From the NCBI RefSeq assembly GCF_021869535.1, contig NW_026262745.1, forward strand, positions 74,152,001 to 74,216,000: DNA of 64,000 nt. Reading direction: 5' to 3'. The notes below the pieces were generated by a model. It did not search any database and had not been told where the DNA came from. It saw only the letters and a list, made by a program, of their open reading frames with translations. The position numbers and the translations under genes were made by a program. Shown here one piece after another: positions 1 through 13,600 of this stretch. Every line of letters begins with the position of its first letter. The stretch's first letter is position 1. Source of the DNA: Mytilus californianus. Its lineage: Eukaryota.

Positions 1-77
1 GCAATAAGTTTGAACCACCAAAGAAAGTTTTAGCTGATTCAAAATCAGCAACTTCTAAATACAACAAAGAACATTGA
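1..77 (+). CDS. C-terminal end of a probable hAT-family transposase (window edge)
   Basis: The frame from position 3 reads (C)NKFEPPKKVLADSKSATSKYNKEH, with stop TGA at 75-77. From memory this resembles the 'C..FEP......KSAT..YNKEH' C-terminus of invertebrate hAT transposases. A hAT-like terminus follows at 653-664. Confidence 0.55.
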   Translation, partial: NKFEPPKKVLADSKSATSKYNKEH

Positions 78-664
78 AATAATAATTAATCACTTCTTTG
101 TTGAAGAGTTGCACTTTTTATGCCCCATCTAAATCTTTCTAAATTGTATGTCAGATTAGGGTGTTGACCCCAATTTCATGGTTCAATGAAAATGGAAAAT
201 AGAAGTGATTGTGGGGGATTCTGTGTACTCAGGACTCATTTACTTGTTATTTGTTGTTTTTCAATGTAATAGATATAATATATAATTGTTTTTTTTATAT
301 TATAAAGTATGTTTTATTTTGCTTTATACTTTATTTTTCTTTTGATACAAATATCACATTCTTTAATCAGTACTAGTTAAAAGTTTCAAACACAAAAACA
401 TAGGCAACAACAAAAAAATCTTCATGAAAACAAACAAAATATACTAGTAAATGTTTGGCAATTTGACAAAGTATTGAAATTGCATCCTTTTTTAAAGTTC
501 ATTTTCAGGTAAGTTCAAAGTTCCCTCCAGTACTTCTTTGTATGAATTTCGAAAAATATCAAACACCTAGCATTTATTGTAAGATACTATTTTGTCGCGT
601 ACAAATGCCGTGCAAATGCCGTGAAAATCTCACTCATTCTGATTACAAAATGTTGGCAGCCCTG
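1..664 (+). mobile_element. Right end of a probable hAT DNA transposon
   Basis: Ends in TTGGCAGCCCTG (reverse complement CAGGGCTGCCAA, a hAT-type TIR), preceded by short subterminal repeats (CAAATGCCGTG x2) and downstream of the transposase-like ORF end. The left end is outside the window. Confidence 0.5.
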
Positions 665-1531
665 TAATAATCCTATTGTTCTTTTTTCCCAGTAAAGCAA
701 ATTACTTTACTCGTTAGACTCTATGTCATATATATTTAATATACACATATTAAAAAATCTTTTTTTTTCATATTCTTATTTACTTTAAAATTACACACTT
801 GTGATCACATGCAGTTATCATAAAAGAAAGGATTTTATTTAAACTAGAAGGCGGATAGAAAGGTTATCCACGCATCGGAACAGTATTTTTATATCACGGG
901 TTATCAACATCATTTTTAAAGTTGCTTCGTTCCCCACTTTTGACAGTATCTTTATAAATATCTTATCGTCATTCACCTATGTTTGCCTTGGATTTACGAT
1001 TCTGTTTTCCAAAAAATGTTCAAAGGAAAATTGTACAGTGTTATTGCACATAAGGTGTTGTATAATTATGAACAATCTCGTCAATTTCGTTAGATTTGTC
1101 TTTACGGATTATAAATTATATCTTGAACGTCCGAAAAAATATACTTATGTGAAACGGAATGAAATATTTGCCACTTGATATTTAGCCACCAACAAAATCA
1201 ACCAACCGACATAATATACTAACAGTATACTTTTCCTAGAAGAGAACTTCTCATACTTTTCATTATAAAGTACAAATGAAATCTGTCATGTCAGTCACAC
1301 TGTTGGATGATGAGGTGGAATAGTTTTATTATACAAACCATCCTGAACTACTGAGTTTAAATCATCACACCTCAGCAAGCACGACTAATTTATGCGCAGA
1401 CCAACCCATCACACAATAGCCCAAAAGGAATCTGTGATGTACCCGTCCATATTCAGAAGTCATGGAAGTGGGAATTACAGATACTGATACTGACTTTAGT
1501 GACAGTTTTATATAACGAATACAGAGATGAA

Positions 1532-3576
1532 ATGCTGGCACTCTAAATTAAAGCGGACAAGATTTTGTTATCATTGTATTGCAATGTTGCTGTCATTTGT
1601 ATTATACAATTCATCCTGACATCAAAATATTGCTGATTTACTATGCGGCTGCCGCTATATAGATTTACATAATAAAGTGCAAATATGGTCAGTTTTGTTT
1701 GATACTTTAAAATAGTTTTGTTATACGAGTCAGCCTGAGGTATCAAAACTACTGAAATTTTCTTGCGTGACAATATTTTGAATAAAAAGAGGACATGCTG
1801 GCTATCTAGCTTGATGGGGACAAATTTTTGTTGTCATTGTATTGCAATGTTGCTGTCATTTGTATTATACAATCCATCCTCACATCAAAATATTGCTGAT
1901 TTACTTTGCGGCTATATGCTGATTTACTATGCGGCTATATAGATTTAAATACATGACATAATAAAGTGCTAATATGATCAGTTTTGGCTGATGCTTTAAA
2001 ATAATTTTGTTATACAAGTCAGCCTGAGGTATCAAAACTACTAAAATTTTCATGCGAGACAATATTTTGAATTAAAAGAGGACATGCTGGCTATCTACAT
2101 GTAGATTGATGGGGACAAATTTTTGTTGTCATTGTGTTGCAATGTTGCTGTCATTTAATTTGTATAATGCAATCCATTCTGACATCAAAATATTGTTGTT
2201 TACTATGCGGCTATATAGATTTACATAATAAAGTGCAAATATGGTCAGTTTTGGTTGATTCGTTTAAATAATTTTGTTATACGAGTCAGCCTGAGGTATC
2301 AAAACTACTGAAACTTTGTTGCGAGACAATATTTTGAATAAAAAGAGGACATGCTGGCTATCTAGATTGATGGGAACAAATTGTTGTTGTCATTGTATTC
2401 CAATGTTGCTGTCATTTGTATTATACAATCCATCCTAACATCAAAATATTGCTGATTTACTATGTGGCTATATAGATATACATAATAATGTGCAAATATG
2501 GTCAGTTTTTGTTGATGCGTTTAAATAATTTTGTTATACTAGTCAGCCTTAGGTATTAAAATTACTGAAATTTTGTTGCGAGACAATATTTTGAATAAAA
2601 AGAGGACATGCTGGCAATCTAAATTAATGGGGATAATTTTTGTTGTCATTGTGTTGCAATGTTGCTGTCATTTGTATTATACAATCCATTCTTACAATAA
2701 AATATAGCTGCTTTACTATGTGGCTATATAGATATACATAATATTAAAAGTGCAAATATGGTCAGTTTTGGTTGATGCTGTAAAATAATTTTGTTATACA
2801 AGTCAGCCTGAGGTATCAAAACTACTGAAATTTTCTTAAGAGACAATATTTTGAATAAAAAGAGGACATGCTGGCTATCTAGATTGATGGGGACAAATTT
2901 TTTGTTGTCATTGTATTGCAATGTTGCTGTCATTTGTATTATACAATCCATCCTGACATCAAAATATTGCTGATTTACTATGCGGCTATATAGATTTACA
3001 TAATTAAGTGCAAATATGGTCAGTTTTGGTTGATACTTTAAAATAGTTTTGTTATATGAGTCAGCCTGAGGTATCAAAACTACTGAAATTTTCTTGTGAC
3101 ACAATATTTTGAATAAAAAGAGGACATGCTGGCAATCTAGATTGATGGGGACAAATTTTTGTTGTCATTGTGTTGCAATGTTGCTGTCATTTGTATTATG
3201 CAATCCATTCTGACAACAAAATATTGCTGATTTGCTATGCGGCTATATAGATTTACATAATAAAATGCAAATATGGTCAGTTTTGGGTGATTTGTTTAAA
3301 TAATTTTGTTATACGAGTCAGCCTTAAGTATCAAAATTACTGAAATTTTGTTGTGAGACAATATTTTGAATAAAAAGAGGACATGCTGGCAATCTAAATT
3401 GATGGGGATAATTTTTGATGTCATTGTGTTGCAATGTTGCTGTCATTTGTATTATACAATCCATTCTGACAATAAAATATAGCTGCTTTACTATGTGGCT
3501 ATATAGATATACATAATATTAAAAGTGCAAATATGGTCAGTTTTGGTTGATGCTGTAAAATAATTTTGTTATACAA
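1532..3576. repeat. ~257-bp tandem satellite, left block (~8 units)
   Basis: The unit marker GC(T/A)ATCTA recurs at about 1537, 1801, 2090, 2357, 2614, 2874, 3132 and 3389. The unit contains TTGCAATGTTGCTGTCATTTG, GTCAGCCTGAGGTATCAAAACTACTG and AAAAAGAGGACATGCTGG. Confidence 0.97.
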
Positions 3577-6500
3577 CCCTGCTTTCATGATATTCATATA
3601 TTCATGAATTAGGAAGAATATTCATGAATATTCATGAATATTCCAGTTTTATTCATGGGTTCTATTCCAGTGTCAAAATTATTCATGAATAAGAAGCATG
3701 AATAAACTGGAATATACATGAATTCTTAATAACTGTATGAAGACAACCAAAAAGAATTGTTAAAATGCCTACAGATTACTATAATGAAGTTTTTTTCTTT
3801 CTAAAACTAATTTGGGGACAAAAGAAACCTTTTTTTGGGACATGAATAAACATGAATAAACTTGAATGTTTGGACTTAGAATTTTTCTAATAGTCATATA
3901 ACATGAATAAGGATGAATAATGATGAATGAAATTTGGACTTAAAATATTTCTCGATTGTGTGACAAACATGAATAAGCATGAATAAAGCTGCATGATAAT
4001 GACTCAGAATTATGAGTGACCAACTGCATTAATAATACTGATGAAAAATGTAATTTGTTCTAGGATTTTGTTGTTTATTTGGACTATTTTTGGCTGAGGA
4101 AATATGTTCAATAATTAGATGAAAAAAATCATGAATATTTCATGTGACATCAAGCCCTTATGTTTGATATTTTGAATGACCCAACTTAAAACTACTGCTT
4201 TGAAAAATTGGATACCCTTTTTATAATGCCTCTCCCCCACTTATTGCTTCTAAAAATAAAAGTTGTCCTCTATCAATAAAAAATTTGAATTATTATTTGA
4301 ATGCACTTGATAGATCAATTAATGGAAGTAAAGATGAAAAAAATAATTTTTAAAATATTTATATTTGAAGTGTTTTCAGGTTAAAAATAATTAAAAGTAA
4401 TATTCTGATATGCATTTGCATTCAATTTGTTTTATTTTTTTTTTTTTTAGAAAAAAAAACAATAAATTTAAGGAATATATTGTGAAAAGGTGATAAAAAA
4501 GGGGAAGTAACTGAAAATTTTTTGAAATACGACATAAAGCAAAGGTTATTTGTGTTAACTAACAATGTGTTTGACACCAAAGCTGTCAGGTGAAGCCCTG
4601 CACTTAATGGGTCACTTAATTTGACAGTTTACACAGCTAGCTGAACTTCCTGTTGATGGAAGAATTACGAATTTCAGTTTGACCAGTATTTCAAAGTCAG
4701 AAAAATGCCGAGATTTTCGCGATAAAAACGACAGGGCGCCCGAGAAACGCCAACGGCTGTTTTGCCAGACAAGCTGGATCGTTTCTGATTTTCTACCTGT
4801 TGTCCGGCATTTAAATAACATAGAAAAATTATCAGATCAATGATAGGCCAACGATCGACATCGTAAAACCTTGGTTCTCAACTTATGTAAACAAGTCATG
4901 ACCACGTGGTTTTTAGTAATTGTACTGAACAGTCCGACCCTAGAAAATACCGTCCTAGATAATGCGGCCACTAGTTCATCCGCATGCACCCTGTGCCGAT
5001 TAAATTAAAGGGTTTTTTTTCTTATTTTTAAAAACTGGCCAGTAATAAATACTTTTATACGACACCCTTGATTTATTTTTATAATACCGTTACGGGGACG
5101 GATCAACTTCTGGCCGATATAATATGGGGCGAGATTGTCACCTCGACGTTAGCGTACTCAATAAAAACGTCATGAAATGTGATTACGCTGTAGCAAAATA
5201 GAAGATTCCATGTGAAGATGTTTTCAGATAAGTGCATTAAAAATTTAATTTAACATGTGTATATAATGAGATTATAAAATATAATTTATTGAGGAACTAT
5301 GATTTTTTTATGTTTTTTTTTTTAGCAAATCAACATCAGAAAATCTGAAAGCATAAACCTGGGAACGGTATATCTAATATATATGTTCCTGCATAAACTG
5401 AAAAATATATTTATTTTTAACAACATTGAATAATCTTGTTGTCACATAACAGGCATAACTGGTAGATATGTAAAAATTTAATTGAATTGTGTGAATGGTT
5501 ATTTGGTGAAAATAATAAGTCGCTAGTTTTTTATCTTCAGGGGATAAAAAAAGAGGGAGGGTAATTAATTTGATTCCAAATGGCTTCCAATGTATACTGT
5601 ATAAACATGCAATAATATTTCTATTGAATTTATTACTTCAAAATGTCTAGAACAATTGATTCTTTGTGGATTTTTTTGATACTTTTAGGGGATTAAATGA
5701 TTAAATGGAGCTGCCAATTTTGAAAGTAAACAGATTGCATGCAGATTCCAGTTACCTTTACTCAGCAATACTAGTTGGAAGTACAGAGACAGCAAATTTA
5801 ATTACAGAAAGGAGGAGAACTTCACATGTATCCTTTATATCTGACACACATTTTTAATATTATAATATTTGAAACTGAACAGCGAGCATCATTAAGCCAT
5901 GGTGAAAACTGCGTATCTAAATACAATTAAGACAATGAAATGCTTGAAGGTGTTAGTGAACATGGGGAGGAGGGGTGGGGTGAGTACCATATTAATGGGT
6001 AATTTAACAATATAAGCAGCCATTAAAAATGGCAAACAAGTTTGCTAGTAGTACTAGTATCTATAATTTTGATGGAAGTTTAAGGATCTGACATTAAATA
6101 CAAGTACATTTTTTTTAAATGGGAACTTGACAGCCATTGAAATAAGATATTAAACATGGCCAATACAATGTAATTCATGCCGCAATGTTTATATATACGT
6201 GACAGATTTGATACAACAAGGGCAATATTCATCTACCTTATAATGAGGAATATGCATTTAAACTAATAAAAGAAAATATTTGCAAAAGAACAAATTTGTG
6301 CATTAAAAATAGATTTTACTCAAATTTTTTAATTCCTTATAGAATACATGCAAGACATTAAGTCATTTTATTGGTCCTGAACTAAGGACATTCTCAGGAT
6401 TATCCAAGAATTATCCCAGGGCCAACTTAATGCAAGCAAATCATTCTGTAAATCCTGACATCAGGATAATTTCCTGAGACCAGGACCTGATGAATCCTAA

Positions 6501-7418
6501 GCACAGGATTATCATGATGATATTTATGGTCTGGATGGTCTCTGGATATCCCTGGAATATCCTTGTTCCAATACCGTCCCATGTTTAACCCTATCTCAGG
6601 ATAAGGATTATCTCAAGATTGCCCTGGGATTTTTCCCAAGATTATCCTGCTGGGGATATCTTGTGATATCCTGACCCATTTTCGCAAGGGTCAGTCACCG
6701 TCACCAGGGGCATTAAAGTGATTTTCTTAATTAAAATGTCATTTAATATTTTAAATATTTTATATCAAGAATGCAAAAATAGCAAAATATATTTAGAACT
6801 GCATTTTAAAAGTCAAATCCTGAATTCCTGCAAAAATAAAAGCTCGTGAAAGATCCTCTGCCCCTCATGTTTGTATTCATGGAATTCTAAATTTATTTCT
6901 ACATTCAATATTCAAGAACATCTTTTTTGCATTCATGGTTATTCTAGAATATTCAAGGATATTTCACATTCATGGTTATTCTAAAATATTCAAGGATATT
7001 TCACATTCATGGTTATTCTAGAATATTCAAGGATATTTAACATTCATGGTTGTCCTAAAATATTAATGGAAAATTACTTCACATTCATGGTTATTCTAGA
7101 ATATTCAACCATTCAATATTCATGGACATCTTATTTCACAGTTATGGTTATCCTTAGTCAGTATTCCACTATCAATACTCATGGACATCCTTTTTCACAT
7201 TCAAGAATATTCTGTAGATAAATATTCATGTTAATTCTTGGTTATTCAGTTCATACAATATTCATGTATATTCAAGGTGCCATTTAACATTCATGAATAT
7301 TCATGAATATTCATGAATTGTAACCCTGAATATTCATGAATATTCATGAATATTATTCATGAATGTTCTAGAATTATTCTGGAATATTCATGAATAATTC
7401 CAGTTCAGGAAAGCAGGG
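3577..7418. mobile_element. Non-autonomous CACTA/EnSpm (CMC)-type element, 3842 bp, inserted in the satellite
   Basis: 10-bp TIR CCCTGCTTTC (3577) / GAAAGCAGGG (7409-7418) with a 2-bp TSD AA; the satellite reads ...TTATACAA|element|AAGTCAGCC. Dense subterminal repeats are CATGAATA on the left and TATTCATG on the right. CCC...GGG ends, a 2-bp TSD and subterminal repeats fit animal EnSpm elements. No transposase ORF. Confidence 0.85.
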
Positions 7419-9720
7419 AAGTCAGCCTGAGGTATCAAACCTACTGAAATTTTCTTACGAGACAATATTTTGAATAAAAAGAGGACATGCTGGCTATCTA
7501 GAATGATGGGGACAAATTTTTGTTGTCATTGTATTGCAATGTTGCTGTCATTTGTATTATACAATCCATCCTGACATCAAAATATTGCTGATTTACTATG
7601 CGGCTATATAGATTTACATAATAAAGTGCAAATATGGTCAGTTTTGGTTGATACTTTAAAATAGTTTTGTTATATGAGTCAGCCTGAGGTATCAAAACTA
7701 CTAAAATTTTCTTGTGACACAATATTTTGAATAAAAAGAGGACATGCTGGCAATCTAGATTGATGGGGACAAATTTTTGTTGTCATTGTGTTGAAATGTT
7801 GCTGTCATTTGTATAATGCAATCCATTCTGACAACAAATATTGCTGATTTACTATGCGGCTATATAGATTTACATAATAATAAAATGCAAATATGGTCAG
7901 TTTTGGTTGATTCGTTTAAATAATTTTGTTATACGAGTCAGCCTGAGGTATCAAAACTACTGAAATTTTGTTGCGTGACAATATTTTGAATAAAAAGAGG
8001 ACATGCTGGCTATCTAGATTGATGGGAATAAATTTTTGTTGTCATTGTATTGCAATGTTGCTGTCATTTGTATTATACAATCCATCCTGACATCAAAATA
8101 TTGCTGATTTACTATGTGGCTATATAGATATACATAATAATGTGCAAATATGGTCAGTTTTTGTTGATGCGTTTAAATAATTTTGTTATACTAGTCAGCC
8201 TTAGGTATCAAAATTACTGAAATTTTGTTGCCAGACAATATTTTGAATAAAAAGAGGACATGCTGGCAATCTTAATTGATGGGGATAATTTTTGTTGTCA
8301 TTGTGTTGCAATGTTGCTGTCATTTGTATAATGCAACCCATTCTGACAATAAAATATAGCTGCTTTACTATGTGGCTATATAGATATACATAATATTAAA
8401 AGTGCAAATATGGTCAGTTTTGGTTGATGCTTTAAAATAATTTTGTTATACAAGTCAGCCTGAAGTATCAAAACTACTGAAATTTTCTTACGAGACAATA
8501 TTTTGAATAAAAAGAGGACATGCTGGCTATCTAGATTGATAGGGACAAATTTTTGTTGCCATTGTATTGCAATGTTGCTGTCATTTGTATTATGCAATCC
8601 ATCCTGACATCAAAATATTGCTGATTTACTATGCGGCTATATAGATATACATAATAAAGTGCAAATATGGTCAGTTTTTGTTGATGCGTTTAAATAATTT
8701 TGTTATACTAGTCAGCCTTAGGTATCAAAATTACTGAAAAATTGTTGCGAGACCATATTTTAATTAAAAAGAGGACATGCTGGCTATCTAAATTGATGGG
8801 TATATTTTTTGTCGTCATTGTGTTGCAATGTTGCTGTCATTTGTATTATACAATCCATTCTGACATCAAAATATTGCTGATTTACTATGCGGCTATATAG
8901 ATTTACATGATAAAGTGCAAATATGGTCACTTTTGGTTGATGCTTTAAAATAATTTTGTTATACGAGTCAGCCTGAGGTATCAAAACTACTGAAATTTTC
9001 TGCGAGACAATATTTTGAATAAAAGAGGTCATGCTGGCTATCTAGATTGATCAGGACAAATTTTTGTTGTCATTGTATGGCACTGTTGCTGTCATTTGTG
9101 TTATACAATCCATCCTGTCAACAAGATATTGCTGATTTACTATGTGGCTTTATAGATATACATAATAAAGTGCAAATATGGTCAGTTTTTGTTGATGCGT
9201 TAAAATAATTTTGTTATACGAGTCAACCTGAGGTATCAAAACTACTGAAATTTTGTTGCGAGACAATATATTGAATAAAAAGAGGACATGATGGCAATCT
9301 AGATTGATGGGGACAAATTTTTGTCATTGTACATGTTGTTTTGCAATGTTGCTGTCATTTGTATTATACAATCCACCCTGACATCAAAATATTGCTGATT
9401 TACTATGCGGCTATATAGATCTATATAATAAAGTGAAAATATTATGGTCAGTTTTGGTTGATGAGTTAAATAATTTTGTTATATGAGTCAGCCTGAGGTA
9501 TCAAAAGTACTGAAATTTTGTAGCGAGACAATATTTTTAATAAAAGGAGGGCAAAAATATTTCCAAATTTTTTAGCCCTATATAAATTAACAGATTGACA
9601 CACTCCCCATTTCCATTCTCAATTTTATAATTATAAGTGCAAATATGGTCAATTTTGGTTGATGCTTAAAATAATTTTGTTGTACATGTTGTATATGTAC
9701 CAGTCATCCTGAAGTATTCA
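7419..9720. repeat. ~257-bp tandem satellite, right block (~8 units plus a decayed end)
   Basis: Resumes in the exact register broken at 3576. Unit markers lie at about 7493, 7750, 8009, 8266, 8526, 8783, 9037 and 9294. The array is degenerate after 9550 and carries a 33-bp Naiad-tail fragment at 9595-9627. Confidence 0.97.
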
Positions 9721-10049
9721 TTTTTGGCATTGTTTGTCGATTTTATCTGAAAACCAAGTTTATAAGATTTACGATACATGTTAAAACCGATAATAATAGC
9801 ATTGTAACCAATATTGTTTTTAATTTATATATAGGCAGATCGCGGATAAATTTGCATTACAAGCAAAGTTTTATGCGTACTTTATTTACAAATACATGTA
9901 TATATATTTAATCTGTATTGTTTATATAACCATCATAGGCATGACCACGGAGATTTTAATTTTATACATTAATTTACAATATTGTGATCAAAATTCGTTT
10001 TTTAAATCAAATAAATAATTTTGTAGTCGCACGCTTTCTTTGAAATTTA

Positions 10050-10250
10050 ATTGCATTATGGGTAATTTCGGATCGTGTAGATAGAATGGGGAATGGTGTA
10101 TGGTGTAATGTGTAAGGTGTATGGTGCAAAGGTGTAACGTGTATGGTGTAATGGCACAAGGTGTATGGTGTAATGGTGTATGGTGAATGGTGGAATGGTG
10201 TATGGTGTGAGTGGGAAGTTTACACCATCCAAGGACTGTAGTCCTAATAC
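10050..10250 (+). mobile_element. (TGGTGTA)n minisatellite in a possible Helentron-associated (HINE-like) element
   Basis: Degenerate 7-bp repeats at 10086-10210 are bracketed by imperfect inverted sequences GGATCGTGTAG (10070) / TTACACCATCC (10220), followed by the palindrome AGGACT-GT-AGTCCT (10232-10245). Confidence 0.4.
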
Positions 10251-10312
10251 ATGTACGTCTGTAAAAAAAGGATCTGTTTATGTATTGAATAATTACTTTC
10301 TCTTATTTTTAG

Positions 10313-10408
10313 TTGACCTGTCAAATACAAGATACAGAGTGCCAGTCCAACTTTGATGAAGTATTAAAAGCAATGGTTGGAATTAGGAAAGCTTTGATAT
10401 TTAAACAG
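10313..10408 (+). other. Orphan 96-bp exon candidate (LTCQIQDTECQSNFDEVLKAMVGIRKALIFKQ)
   Basis: Strong acceptor CTTTCTCTTATTTTTAG and donor AAACAG|GTAAAT; length is divisible by 3 and the phase-0 frame is open. No partner exon or protein family was recognised. Confidence 0.3.
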
Positions 10409-10527
10409 GTAAATTGATGCATTTTTCTTTTTGCTCCTTATTAAATCTGGTTATCATTTGTTTTTGTATATCATATTTGTTTTTCATTTATTGTTATTGT
10501 ATATGTACATAAATCAGGCTGTACAGT

Positions 10528-10660
10528 CAGTGGCGGAACCAGAAATTTTCATAAGTAGGGGCCCACTGACTGCCTAAGAGGGGACCCGCTCCGGTCATGC
10601 TTCAGTGATTCCCTATATAATCAACCAAAGTTTTCCCATATTAAGCTATAAAAGCCCTCC
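10528..10660 (+). mobile_element. Partial MITE (CAGTGGCGGA... family)
   Basis: Starts CAGTGGCGGAACCAGAAATTTTC and shares CTTCAGTGATTCC...ATAATCAAC with the complete short copy at 51694-51780 and the right-end copy at ~43425-43553. Confidence 0.65.
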
Positions 10661-13600
10661 CCCTTTTTGTCCCACCTAACCTTGGACAGAAGTGTATCAT
10701 CACAACATAGGAACAAACTAAACAATGGTCAAAGTTGGTGAAAAAGGCTTGACTAAATCGTCGGATCAACACGTAGCACAAAAAAGGCACAAACTACTTG
10801 CAGGTACTGAAAGCTAGTTGAAATATAATTACAAGTTATGGAAAAGGCATGTTTGTGATACAAAAAAATCATCAGCTCAGATCAAAAGATTTGGTTTAAA
10901 TTTAGGAGCCCATAATTAAATATTATTGAACATTTTACTATACAAATACAGATGTACAGATCATCTAAAGAGATAAAGCTATAGTATAGGAATATTTAAT
11001 CTTCTGGTATCCTGCTTCTGTTGCTTGGAAACAGTTATGTTTAAACAGTCTGTATGCATGTTTTCCTGAAAGAGCAATAATTATTCTTGCCATTTTGTTC
11101 TGTTTTCAATGGTCGCAGTAATAAACGCATGCAATAATTTCTGAATTTACATGATTTCATATCATATAGACTCTTGTAATACTAAAAGATATGCTTAAAT
11201 CTGTTTTATGATAATATTTTTTACAGTTATTTGCAATTATCTATAACCTTTTTTATTTGAGGAAACAGATATGAATGAATGAAGATTTGTATCCCTCTTC
11301 AATTCAACTGAAAACCTTATGATTGATCAGTCTGGCAAAAAATGTACCTAAGGAGTTAGATGGGCTAGTGCATTCATTTCCATAATCTGGACTCAGTAAC
11401 TGTTCAAGGGTAAGTGGTTGTAACAAAAGTTTGATGTTATACTTAATTGTTATTTAGTAGAGACAACAAAAGAAGAAGACTTTAAAAACATTTTGCCTTT
11501 TTCAGGGTCGAATTGAGAACTTTTTAGATCGAATGACATAGCCTGTTTGATCACTATAGTACAGTGCATACGTGTTTTATCTGACACTCTGCTCTTTGTA
11601 ATATGTCCGTCAACTGACAGAAAATGAAAAACAATCATAGTCAGTAAATCTTGTTAACTTATTAACTTCCACTATTTTCGTTCAAGAGTTATGAGACTTT
11701 AAAATTTGACATAATTTCATATATTTCAATATTTCATGTTTTGCACATTAACAATTTATGAAAAATGTTTTTCTCATTTACAATTTTGATTCTGGTGTTC
11801 TAAAGTTCTGATGCCTTAATCTTAAAAAAATGTGCTCCTGTATGTTATTTTTTTGTTTGTTTATAGCTATAGCTAGGACAAATGCATATACAGGACTTTT
11901 CATTACTGCATTAGGAAAATTACTAGTTCTAATTTTGTGGAAAATTAAAGGAACATCAAAATCATTATTATATATACAAATTATTGATCTGCATATGTAT
12001 TGTTAAAGAACAATCATCCTGCAAAGTCAAATGAAAGTAGTAAAGTTCTAATTTAAAAACTGCAAGTGTGTTCTTGAAAAACCATATACAGGTACCTAGC
12101 ATGAATAATTTCACCAAATTTAAACAAATGACAAAGTTCAAATTCCTGTGATTTGAGAAAAATATAAAGAATGAAAATGAATCCTGATAAAATGCACAAC
12201 AGTTATATATTTACTTATGCCTTTTATAATGTAAAAAGTTCTAGCCTTAAAAATGAGGACTTGCTTAATGAAAAAAACATTAACCCTATGTAGGGTGGAC
12301 TGACATTGGAAGACCAATCACTTTCCTCATACTCTTCTTTGAATGGGGCATAACATGAACAGTTTGGGATTATATTTTGATGCTCTATTGACACATTATC
12401 GGTCTGTTGCCTAGATTTTTACTTTTATGTTTAAACTGCTGTACTTGCATTCTGTTTATTGCTTGTTGGATAATGTTCTGTTTAGTTTATGTGATTAGTA
12501 ATTATTGTATTTTTTTATTTCAGCTTTACTCAATACCTGAGTGAACATTTCATGTTACTATTTACAATGATCTATGTGTAACCTAAATTTCATATTGTTA
12601 CACTTCTTCGTCACTGGTCAGATAGAATTAGATACATCTGTGGAGAAGAAAAAAAATCTTTGTAACGTTCAAGACAGAAATAATGAAAAGGATCAAGAAC
12701 TAATACAATTATATGAAGATGTAAATTTTTAGGAAATGTTTTAAACTGAAGCTACACTTTAAAGCTTTCCGAAAATATATTAAACCAGGAGACCTATTAG
12801 CTACAATTTAATTTTAAGAAGACACTGGACATTCTTAGTTGTTTATTACTCAATGAAAAGTTAGTTTATAGCATAAGTTATTGTGACCAAATTTATCTGT
12901 TATAATGATATTTACTCAATTTAAAAAAAATTGCATTAATATTTGTTTATGATCAATGATTCAGAAAAAAAACAGTGTTTGTTTGTTTGTTTGTTTTCTT
13001 TAGAAAATTTAATACCAAGAGTAGAGGTCTTTGAAATAGATATCTATGGATTTTCTTTTCTTTATCATGTTTATGGAGTAAAATGGTATTTCATGTATAT
13101 GTTGTATCAAAAAGGTAAATACTAGAAACAAATTACATATCATCAATTACTAACCCCTTCCTTGTATGAACAATATGATGACTAGCATTCCTTATGAAAA
13201 TAAGAAAATATAGTATCATTGCCAATGCGACATCTCTCCACAAGAGACAAAAGGACACAGAAATTTAAAAACATCTGCAGGTCACTGTACGGCCTTCAAC
13301 AATGAGCAAATCCCATACCAATTATTCCTGCTTATAGTATATCCACTTTGTACTTTTTTATTGATATTGGTTGGGCATGAAAATAATAAGGTGATATGAT
13401 TGCCACTGAAAGAATCTCTTAAAATCTATTATAAGGACAATGGTGTGATTGTTAAGTTGATCAAGGTACATAATTGCTAAATATACATTGTAGATAAAAT
13501 ATAAATATACATGGTCTCAAAATAAAATAAAAAGATATTTGTACAAGACATAAACACACGTATATTTGAATTCTCGCCTGCCTCATTTCTATCCTGTTGA

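Noticed and set aside
1543-9032. Repeated minus-strand ORFs 'KISVVLIPQADSYNK...' (also the plus-strand ORF at 36476, from the inverted satellite copy)
   Set aside because: These are translations of the satellite monomer; frames break differently in each unit and no domain is recognisable.
1532-9720. CRISPR-like or coding tandem array interpretation
   Set aside because: There are no unique spacers; whole monomers repeat, and the context is eukaryotic.
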